This document shows, in pieces, positions 56,750-64,000 of a stretch of DNA of 64,000 nucleotides. Position numbers and translations under genes: made by a program. Each line of letters opens with the position of its first letter. Positions within the stretch are counted from its first letter, which is position 1. The notes beneath the pieces were generated by a model that saw only the letters and a program-made list of their open reading frames with translations, had not been told where the DNA came from and ran no database searches. This DNA comes from Fimbriimonadales bacterium (lineage in GTDB: Bacteria > Armatimonadota > Fimbriimonadia > Fimbriimonadales > ATM1). Location: contig JBGTLG010000016.1 in the NCBI GenBank assembly GCA_041744215.1, positions 32,001 through 96,000 on the forward strand. Direction: 5' to 3'.

Positions 56750-57481
56750 GTGCCGCCACTGCAGAAGATATCGACTCACGAACCCGTCTCTCAACTCCGT
56801 CGTGTGAAGATCGTTGAAGCTGGCGAGTCGCTCGTCGACTACCACGATGCTTGTCCAGAGTTGGTGCGCGACGCACCCGTTTGGGTTTACACCCGCGAGT
56901 CGCTACTCCGGAAGTCTGTTGCGGAAAAACTTGCTGTCGCCGCGCGCAGTTTGCCTAAAGGGTATCGATTGCTTGTGCTGGAGGGTTGGCGTCCAATTCA
57001 CATTCAGCGTCGCATGTGGCTTGGCGCATATCGCCGATGGCAGGAGAAGCATCCAGACTGGTCGCACGCGGCGCTCAAGAGATTGACGAATCGCTTCACT
57101 GCGCCGTTGGATGCGAAAGTCCCTCCGCCTCACACAACCGGCGCAGCAATTGATTTGCGACTCGGTGATGAACGTGGGCAGCCGCTCGACATGCGTTCAC
57201 CATTCGGTTCGTTTGATAAGCACATGTTTCCGTTCGATGCGAGAGGCCTCAGCGCGACATCTCAAAAGCACCGCATGATTTTGAAAGAAGCGATGGAGAG
57301 CGTCGGCATTACTAACTATCCCAGCGAGTATTGGCATTGGAGTTACGGAGATCAAGGATGGGCTTATCGCGGCGGACACCCCCATGCGCTGTACGGGCAG
57401 ATCGAGCCTGCCGGCTACAAACCGAAGCCAGACGATGACAACGAAGAACCGCTCGTTTGGACTGCTGACGACACCTGGTGA
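56750..57481 (+). CDS. M15-family D-Ala-D-Ala dipeptidase (VanX-like)
   Basis: EGWRP, PPHTTGAAIDL, EYWHWSYGD. Confidence 0.85.
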   Translation: MPPLQKISTHEPVSQLRRVKIVEAGESLVDYHDACPELVRDAPVWVYTRESLLRKSVAEKLAVAARSLPKGYRLLVLEGWRPIHIQRRMWLGAYRRWQEKHPDWSHAALKRLTNRFTAPLDAKVPPPHTTGAAIDLRLGDERGQPLDMRSPFGSFDKHMFPFDARGLSATSQKHRMILKEAMESVGITNYPSEYWHWSYGDQGWAYRGGHPHALYGQIEPAGYKPKPDDDNEEPLVWTADDTW

Positions 57482-57592
57482 AGCGGGTCAAGGCCGTCAA
57501 TGCAAGAGAATTGATCGCCACCTTCCGTCGTTCGTGATCTCAAAGCACCTTGTCGCCCACATCCAATCGAGGGTGGCGAGTAGACTCAGCGA

Positions 57593-58120
57593 ATGAGCTT
57601 TGGATGGGAAGGTGAGAAAGTTAGGCTTGTTCCAATAGATCGCGAGCGGCACATGGAAAACTGCTATCAATGGCTAAACGATCCGGAAGTTACGCAGTTC
57701 TTGAAGATAGGAGACTTCCCTTTGTCGAGATTAGCGGAGCGTGACTTCTTCGACAGGATGGAAAAGTGCTCGGAAACCGATGTTGTTTTTGCGATCGAGA
57801 CGTTGGACGGGGATCACATTGGAATGAGTGGTCTTCATGGGATTTCGTTTCGACACAGTCGCGCCATGACAGGCACGTTCATCGGAGACAAAACGTTTTG
57901 GAACAAGGGCTTTGGCACTGACGCAGCGATTGCCCGCACGAAGTATGCCTTCGAGGTGTTGGGGTTGCGACTTCTTTGGAGCGGAGTCTATGGATCGAAT
58001 GAGCGGTCGATTGCTATGTTAAAGCGCGCAGGATATCGGGAGATTGGCCGAATCCCTGGATACTGGTGGAAACGCGGGAAGTGGGAGGACGAAGTGCTGA
58101 TGGTCGCGGAGAGACCATAA
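57593..58120 (+). CDS. GNAT acetyltransferase (RimJ/RimL family)
   Basis: WLNDPEV, IGDKTFWNKGFGT, NERSI...AGY. Confidence 0.88.
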   Translation: MSFGWEGEKVRLVPIDRERHMENCYQWLNDPEVTQFLKIGDFPLSRLAERDFFDRMEKCSETDVVFAIETLDGDHIGMSGLHGISFRHSRAMTGTFIGDKTFWNKGFGTDAAIARTKYAFEVLGLRLLWSGVYGSNERSIAMLKRAGYREIGRIPGYWWKRGKWEDEVLMVAERP

Positions 58121-58144
58121 CTCAAGCCTAACCGTCTTTAGAGC

Positions 58145-58579
58145 ATGATCACGAACTATGCGCACGACATCATCGCGGCGGCTTACTTTGGGTTCTTCGG
58201 CATCCTTTTCTTGCAGTCAGGCTTCGACAAGCTTTTAGATCGAAAAGGAAATCTCGAGTGGATGGAGCCTCATTTTGAGAAGAGTCCGTTTCGGGGGAAG
58301 GTTGCTGGACTATTGACCGCTTTAACGTTGTTAGAGTTGGCGACGTGTGTCATGTCGTTCGTTTCGATTTTTCTCGTGTTCTTCGCAAAAGGGCCTGACG
58401 CGATCACGTTGACGCTCGCGCTGATCCTGGGGACGCTGCTGTCGTTGTTTGGCGGTCAGCGGTTTGCGAAGGACTATGCAGGGGCTGGGACGTTGACGGC
58501 GTACTTTGCCGTCGCGTTAATCGGGGCCGCTTGGATCGTCGGTCCGGTGCTGGGCTACATCCTTTCCAGAAACTCGTGA
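58145..58579 (+). CDS. DoxX-family membrane protein
   Basis: FLQSGFDK, FGGQRFAKDYAGA; four TM segments. Confidence 0.75.
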   Translation: MITNYAHDIIAAAYFGFFGILFLQSGFDKLLDRKGNLEWMEPHFEKSPFRGKVAGLLTALTLLELATCVMSFVSIFLVFFAKGPDAITLTLALILGTLLSLFGGQRFAKDYAGAGTLTAYFAVALIGAAWIVGPVLGYILSRNS

Positions 58580-58610
58580 ATAGTATAGGTCTGTCCGGGT
58601 AACATCACGT

Positions 58611-60086
58611 ATGGCCGTGCTTCAAGAGCGACTTAGCTTCGACGACGTTCTCCTCTTACCCAAGCGCACCGAGGTGATGCCCCACCAGGTTGACACTTCA
58701 ACCGAGCTTTTGCCGGGCGTCCGGCTTAACCTTCCATTTGTGTCGAGTCCTATGGACACTGTCACAGAGGCGCGGATGGCGATTGCGATGGCTCGTGAGG
58801 GCGGCGTCGGCGTGCTCCATCGCAACCTCGGAATCGACGATCAAGCCATCATGGTCGACCGCGTGAAGCGGAGCGAGCACGGTGTTATCACTAACCCCGT
58901 CAGCCTGCTCCCAAATCAAACGATCCAAGAGGCGCTGGCTGTGATGGAGCGGTACCACATCAGCGGGGTTCCGATAACGGACGAAAGCGGCAAGCTCGTG
59001 GGCATCTTGACTAACCGGGACATTCGGTTTGAGACAGAGTTCAACAAACCGATTCGTGATCGGATGACGTCGGACAAACTCGTTACCGGCCCGGTTGGTA
59101 CAACTCTCGAGCTCGCGGAAAAGAAGCTCCAGGAACATCGAATCGAAAAGCTACCGCTCGTCGATGACGACGGAAACTTGCGCGGGCTAATCACCATCAA
59201 AGACATCCTAAAAATCAAGCAGTTTCCAAATGCGACGAAGGACGCGAAGGGACGGCTTTGCGTTGGCGCGGCGATTGGCGCGATTCGCGAGCCGTACGAA
59301 CGAGCGAAAGCGCTGCTGGAGGCCGGTGTCGATTTCGTTGTGATTGATGCAGCTCATGGGCATAGCCGGGGCGTGATGGATTGCGTCAAGATGTTGAAAG
59401 AGAGATTGCCGGACCTGCGCGTGGTCGCAGGAAACGTAGTTGATCGCAGCGGCGTTTGCGAACTCGCATCGCTGGGAGCCGACTGTCTGCGGATTGGGAT
59501 AGGCGCGGGTTCCATTTGCACTACGCGTGTCGTTGCTGGTGTCGGCGTGCCGCAACTCTCTGCGGTCATGGAATGCGCAGATGCAGCTGGCGAGCTCGGG
59601 ATCCCCACGATTGCGGACGGCGGTGTTAGGACAAGCGGAGACATTGTCAAGTCGCTGGCAGCGGGATCGAGCGCGGTAATGATGGGCAACATGTTCGCGG
59701 GGTGCGACGAGAGCCCTGGGGAAATCGAGATGTATCGGAACCGCGCCTACAAGGTCTACCGGGGCATGGGTTCGATTGGGGCAATGCGGCTGGGGAGCAG
59801 CGACCGGTACTTCGCAATCAAGGAGACTGGCACGATGGTGCCGGAAGGAGTGGAGGGGCGCGTTCCCTACAAAGGGCCACTACACGAAATCATCGCTCAG
59901 CTTGGAGGCGGGTTGCGCTCTGGTATGGGCTACGTTGGAGCTGAGTCGCTTTCGGCGCTCCGCGAACGTGCTGAATTCATCAAGATCACCAACGCTGGCT
60001 TGCGAGAGTCTCACCCGCACGATGTTTGGATTACTAAGGAACCGCCGAACTACACCAGCCCGTCGTTTGGCAGCGACACCGAGTAG
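58611..60086 (+). CDS. guaB: IMP dehydrogenase
   Basis: [17 protein letters not shown] pair, [24 protein letters not shown]. Confidence 0.97.
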   Translation: MAVLQERLSFDDVLLLPKRTEVMPHQVDTSTELLPGVRLNLPFVSSPMDTVTEARMAIAMAREGGVGVLHRNLGIDDQAIMVDRVKRSEHGVITNPVSLLPNQTIQEALAVMERYHISGVPITDESGKLVGILTNRDIRFETEFNKPIRDRMTSDKLVTGPVGTTLELAEKKLQEHRIEKLPLVDDDGNLRGLITIKDILKIKQFPNATKDAKGRLCVGAAIGAIREPYERAKALLEAGVDFVVIDAAHGHSRGVMDCVKMLKERLPDLRVVAGNVVDRSGVCELASLGADCLRIGIGAGSICTTRVVAGVGVPQLSAVMECADAAGELGIPTIADGGVRTSGDIVKSLAAGSSAVMMGNMFAGCDESPGEIEMYRNRAYKVYRGMGSIGAMRLGSSDRYFAIKETGTMVPEGVEGRVPYKGPLHEIIAQLGGGLRSGMGYVGAESLSALRERAEFIKITNAGLRESHPHDVWITKEPPNYTSPSFGSDTE

Positions 60087-60186
60087 CGAGATTTGATTTC
60101 TCGACTTGACCGAATGGTGCCTAGATCACGAAAAACTGTGCGCGAGCACTGATTGCTCGCGCACAGTTTTATCTTCTTACAGCGTA

Positions 60187-60797
60187 CTAGGAGTTGCGGC
60201 GACGTCGCGCGGCCAGCGCTGCGAGACCGAGGCCGACCACAGCGAGTGTCGCGGGCTCGGGTACCACCTCGTAGTGGACGTTGCCAGCGAATGTGCGCTG
60301 CTCAAATCTCGTTCCGCCGAACGCGACGGTGCTCACGCGAGAAACATTGCTGAACAATCGCAAGTCAGCATTCTCCCAAAGCTCTTGAGGAGGGTTTGCC
60401 GCAGTGCCGGTGTACCTAATGCCTCCTGTCGCAGTTGCTTGAAGGTAGACACCCTTTACTTGCCCGGCGGTCAACTCGAGCTGTGTCGTAAGCACGAGGG
60501 GATCGAGAACAAACGTTCCCTGACGCGTGCCCACCACAGTCTGAGTTAAGGTCCACCCAGCGCTGCTTCCATCGAAGCCGACGTAGGATCCTGGTCTCGT
60601 CCAAACTTCGACATTGACGGTCGTACCGATCATGCCAGTGTAGGCAACGTCGAACTGAGTCACGTACAGATCCATGGTAAGGGCCGTGAGGTCCATGAAT
60701 ATTCCGCCGCTCCCGTTGTTCGGCGGTGCGGTTGACAGAATCCCCGCAGCACCCACCCCTACAAGAGCAGCAGCAACCCAGCAAAATACTTCCTCAT
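60187..60797 (-). pseudogene. PEP-CTERM protein with apparent frameshift in the signal peptide (or shortened start at 60756)
   Basis: C-terminal VPEPATLAVVGLGLAALAARRRR; ATG at 60797 (MRK...) is 41 nt upstream of the ORF's GTG, so out of frame. Confidence 0.55.
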
Positions 60798-60950
60798 GTT
60801 ATCCATCCATAGTGTGCTTCAGTTTCGATTGGCAAGCGCCAACGCAGTCAAGAGACACCGACTCATTTGGCCGTGCCAACCGTTCTGGTCGGCTTCGGAT
60901 CTAAAACTGGTATTTATGCTGGGCACCTCGAATGAGCCAGAATTGATCTC

Positions 60951-62624
60951 ATGAGCCGAACTCTCATGCTCGCCGTATGCCTAATCCCCCTCCACGCCGT
61001 CGCCCAGGATGGATTGAGGGACGTGATCGATACACATCGGGCTGATCTTGGGATTCTGCGCCGCGCGACAGTCGCGTTAACCGACTCCCGAGACGACCGC
61101 TTTCGACAGCATTATGAATCGAAACTGGACGAACTGCGAAGGATGGATTTTGCGCGGCTGTCGCACGACGCTCAGGTCGATTACGTATTGCTTCGCAATC
61201 ACATCGAGGCGGAGATACGCCAGATCGAGATCGGGAAGTTGCGCTTACAGGAGCAATCTGAGTATCTGCCATTTATGCACACAATCCTCGACATGGAGCT
61301 TTCTCGGAAACGATTGGACGATGTCGACGCGCCGAGGCGAGCCCGAGAATTGAACGACCTTGCGTATGCGATCAAAGAAGCTCAGGGTGCAGTTGAGAGC
61401 GGCAGACGCCCGAGCAAGACACTCGCGAATCGGATTGTTGGAACTCTCCAAACTCTGCGGGGAGTCTTGCGATCGTGGTACACGTTTTATGATGGCTACG
61501 ATCCAATTGTGACCTGGTGGTGCGCTGAACCTTACAAGGCCTGTGACGTTGCCATCGAAGAGTACATCAACTACCTACGCACGCGAGTGGTTGCGGCGGA
61601 CAACAGAACGATCATCGGTGACCCGATCGGCCGCGCAGCACTTCTCAGCGAATTGCGATCTGAGATGATTCCTTACACGCCGGAGGAGTTGGTCCAAATC
61701 GCAAACAAGGAGTTTGCTTGGTGCGAAGCGGAGATGATCAAGGCATCGCGCGAAATGGGTTTTGGCGACGATTGGAAAGCCGCGCTCGAAAAAGTAAAGA
61801 ACGATCATGTCGAGCCTGGCAAGCAGCCCGAGATCATTCGATTTCTCGCTTTAGAGGCAATCGAGTATCTGGAAAAGCACGACCTAGTTACCATCCCGCC
61901 GTTGGCAAAGGAGACGTGGCGGATGGAGATGATGACGCCGCAGCAACAGCTGGTGTCTCCATTCTTCCTCGGCGGTGAGACGATTCAGGTAGCGTTCCCG
62001 ACTAGCACGATGTCGCACGAAGCGAAGGAGATGAGTATGAGAGGCAACAACATTCACTTCGCGCGCGCGACGGTTCATCACGAACTGATTCCCGGGCATC
62101 ACCTGCAAGGCTTTATGGCGCAAAGATATCGCAGTTATCGAAGCTTGTTTTCAACTCCATTTTTTGGCGAAGGGTGGGCACTGTACTGGGAAATGCTGTT
62201 GTGGGATCACGGCTTTCAGAATTCTGCGGAGAATCGTGTCGGGATGCTCTTTTGGAGAATGCACCGATGCGCGAGGATCATATTCTCGTTAGGTTTTCAC
62301 TTAGGAACGATGACGCCGCAGGAGTGCATCGACTTCTTGGTCGATCGGGTCGGGCATGAACGAGCCAACGCGGAGGCGGAGGTTCGGCGTTCGTTCGCAG
62401 GAAACTACGGTCCGCTGTATCAAGCTGCCTACTTGCTGGGCGGGTTGCAGCTGCGAGAAATCCACCGTGAGCTGGTGATCAGTGGCAAGATGACGAACCG
62501 AGAGTTTCACGATGCGGTGTTGCGCCTTGGTTCGATTCCCGTCGACATGATCCGTGTGAGCCTGACGAATGCGCCGCTGACACGCGATTATCAGAGCAAC
62601 TGGCGCTTCTATCCCGGCATCTGA
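60951..62624 (+). CDS. DUF885-family protein (exported, metallopeptidase-like)
   Basis: Signal peptide; HHELIPGHHLQ, EGWALYWE, YQAAYLLG. Confidence 0.85.
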   Translation: MSRTLMLAVCLIPLHAVAQDGLRDVIDTHRADLGILRRATVALTDSRDDRFRQHYESKLDELRRMDFARLSHDAQVDYVLLRNHIEAEIRQIEIGKLRLQEQSEYLPFMHTILDMELSRKRLDDVDAPRRARELNDLAYAIKEAQGAVESGRRPSKTLANRIVGTLQTLRGVLRSWYTFYDGYDPIVTWWCAEPYKACDVAIEEYINYLRTRVVAADNRTIIGDPIGRAALLSELRSEMIPYTPEELVQIANKEFAWCEAEMIKASREMGFGDDWKAALEKVKNDHVEPGKQPEIIRFLALEAIEYLEKHDLVTIPPLAKETWRMEMMTPQQQLVSPFFLGGETIQVAFPTSTMSHEAKEMSMRGNNIHFARATVHHELIPGHHLQGFMAQRYRSYRSLFSTPFFGEGWALYWEMLLWDHGFQNSAENRVGMLFWRMHRCARIIFSLGFHLGTMTPQECIDFLVDRVGHERANAEAEVRRSFAGNYGPLYQAAYLLGGLQLREIHRELVISGKMTNREFHDAVLRLGSIPVDMIRVSLTNAPLTRDYQSNWRFYPGI

Positions 62625-64000
62625 TGCGTTAGATCGCTTGCGTCGAGATTTGCGTACAGCTCAAGGGCCTCCGCACTTGGGCGTCGGCGGTGACGCCTCG
62701 CCTCGTCGTAGGTCATGACCGGATTCTTGTGCTCTATGTCAAGCGCTGCGAGAACTAGATCGAAGAACTGGGTGTTTTCAGTTAGCCCGGCGCAAAGTTC
62801 TGACGACGGACCTAGTGCAGTTACGAGAACGTGCTCGTTCGTATGGTTGCCGCTTGTGAAAACCACCTTAGTGTGGTTCCCTAGAACCATCGCAAGCGTA
62901 GTGTTGAGACCAGATGCGAAGTTGGCCAGCTTGAACGGCGATCTCCCGCCAGCAGCCTCAGCGACTGCTTCCGCTTCCTCGCCAGTAAGCTCAATGTCAA
63001 GGCGTTTCTTGATCGCATCCTTCACCTGAGATCCGGTGGGAGTACGACTAATCTCAGCGAAAATGGCATCGTAGGTTCCCTTCATTCTCACGACCGACTC
63101 GAGCCCCGCTGTGCTGTCACCATATCCTGATCCTGCACCGTTCAGCGACGGACCGCCGCAGGCATGATCGGCCGTGATGACCAATAATGTCTCCTCATCT
63201 TCTAGCGCGAAGTCGACAGCTACTTTCATCGCGTCCTCAAACTCAATTTGATCATAGACCATCGCCGCAAGGTCCGTTGCATGCCCGCCGTGATCTACGC
63301 GACCCCCTTCTATCTGCAAAACGAACCCATTGCTCGATCCCTTGAGTTGCGCGAGTGCCTTCTTCGTCATATCTGCGAGCGTAGGAACAGTTTCCTCCAG
63401 CACTACAGAGTTGAGGCGATCGATTGTATAGGGTAGGTGCGAGTCACCAAAAATGCCGAGAAGTCTGCCGGACGCTGCGCTCATCTCTGCCTTGTTCTTT
63501 GCGAGTGTGTAGCCCTTCTTTTGAAACTCCGAGTAAACGTCTTTTTTATCTTGCCGCTTGTCCGGGTTAAAGAAGCGATCACCTCCTCCCATAAGCACAT
63601 CGATTCCGCTCGCAAGGTACTTCTCTGCGATCAGTCCTTCTAAGTTTCTATCTTCGCAATTCACTGCAAAGCCTGCCGGAGTCGCATGCGTGAGCCGCGT
63701 CGTTGTGACGAGTCCCGTTTTGATGCTTCGCTCAGTCGCCAATTGAAACAGAGTTCGAAGTTCAGTTCCGTCAGGAAACATATTGAGCTGACCGTTCCAG
63801 ATTCGGCGTCCGCTGCCCCACGCCGAACTTGCCGCGGCGGAGTCTGTGACAATGGAGTTCAGGGAACGTGTATCCTGCAAACCGTTCACAGCGCACGGCT
63901 CGTCCATTAGTGAAGACCAGTACGAGTGCTTGCCGTCGCGAATCTGGCGAAAGTGGTCGGTCATAGCCATGACCTGCAAAGGCATACCATCGACGACGCA
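62609..64000 (-). CDS. Alkaline phosphatase; 5' end outside window
   Basis: VDGM, VTDSAAA (catalytic Ser), THATPA, EGGRVDHGGH, TADH, HT. Confidence 0.92.
   Translation of the reverse strand, partial: CVVDGMPLQVMAMTDHFRQIRDGKHSYWSSLMDEPCAVNGLQDTRSLNSIVTDSAAASSAWGSGRRIWNGQLNMFPDGTELRTLFQLATERSIKTGLVTTTRLTHATPAGFAVNCEDRNLEGLIAEKYLASGIDVLMGGGDRFFNPDKRQDKKDVYSEFQKKGYTLAKNKAEMSAASGRLLGIFGDSHLPYTIDRLNSVVLEETVPTLADMTKKALAQLKGSSNGFVLQIEGGRVDHGGHATDLAAMVYDQIEFEDAMKVAVDFALEDEETLLVITADHACGGPSLNGAGSGYGDSTAGLESVVRMKGTYDAIFAEISRTPTGSQVKDAIKKRLDIELTGEEAEAVAEAAGGRSPFKLANFASGLNTTLAMVLGNHTKVVFTSGNHTNEHVLVTALGPSSELCAGLTENTQFFDLVLAALDIEHKNPVMTYDEARRHRRRPSAEALELYANLDASDLTHQMPG

Noticed and set aside
1-64000. CRISPR arrays, IS elements, prophage genes, rRNA, parS sites
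   Set aside because: None recognised on reading; the similarity among pilT copies and PEP-CTERM tails reflects protein paralogy.

Overview
A gene-dense bacterial chromosomal window with about 60 CDS and one tRNA-Ser(GGA). I recognised no mobile element, CRISPR array or rRNA. The gene content (TolC, a PagL-like protein, PEP-CTERM proteins, YabN- and YitJ-type fusions) indicates a diderm organism; Armatimonadota is my inference and is not shown by the sequence. In order, the window holds: YabN-MazG, a TetR-controlled RND pump, a stand-alone ftsZ, a Wzy-type polysaccharide locus with mixed orientation, an orphan DNA methyltransferase, NAD kinase, a TPR protein, three tandem PilT ATPases, two cyclophilins, pfkA/pgk, selD and selA, queG, a tatA-hypothetical-PqqD-FtsX-ABC operon, xdhC, yitJ, guaB, DUF885 and alkaline phosphatase. 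Most notable observations: (1) sharply bounded patches of extreme strand asymmetry (+ strand A/C-rich) at about 23.9-25.9 kb and 27.15-27.72 kb, independent of gene direction; (2) an enzyme-less PqqD/RRE protein plus a minimal FtsX-ABC transporter behind tatA; (3) a candidate ~80-nt sRNA with its own promoter and terminator just upstream of selD; (4) selD has an in-frame UGA (selenocysteine) with a SECIS-like hairpin that the ORF track misses; (5) many starts look leaderless (a -10 box 5-7 nt before the start codon); (6) a PEP-CTERM gene whose signal peptide is out of frame. All family calls come from recognising motifs by eye; no database search was run.
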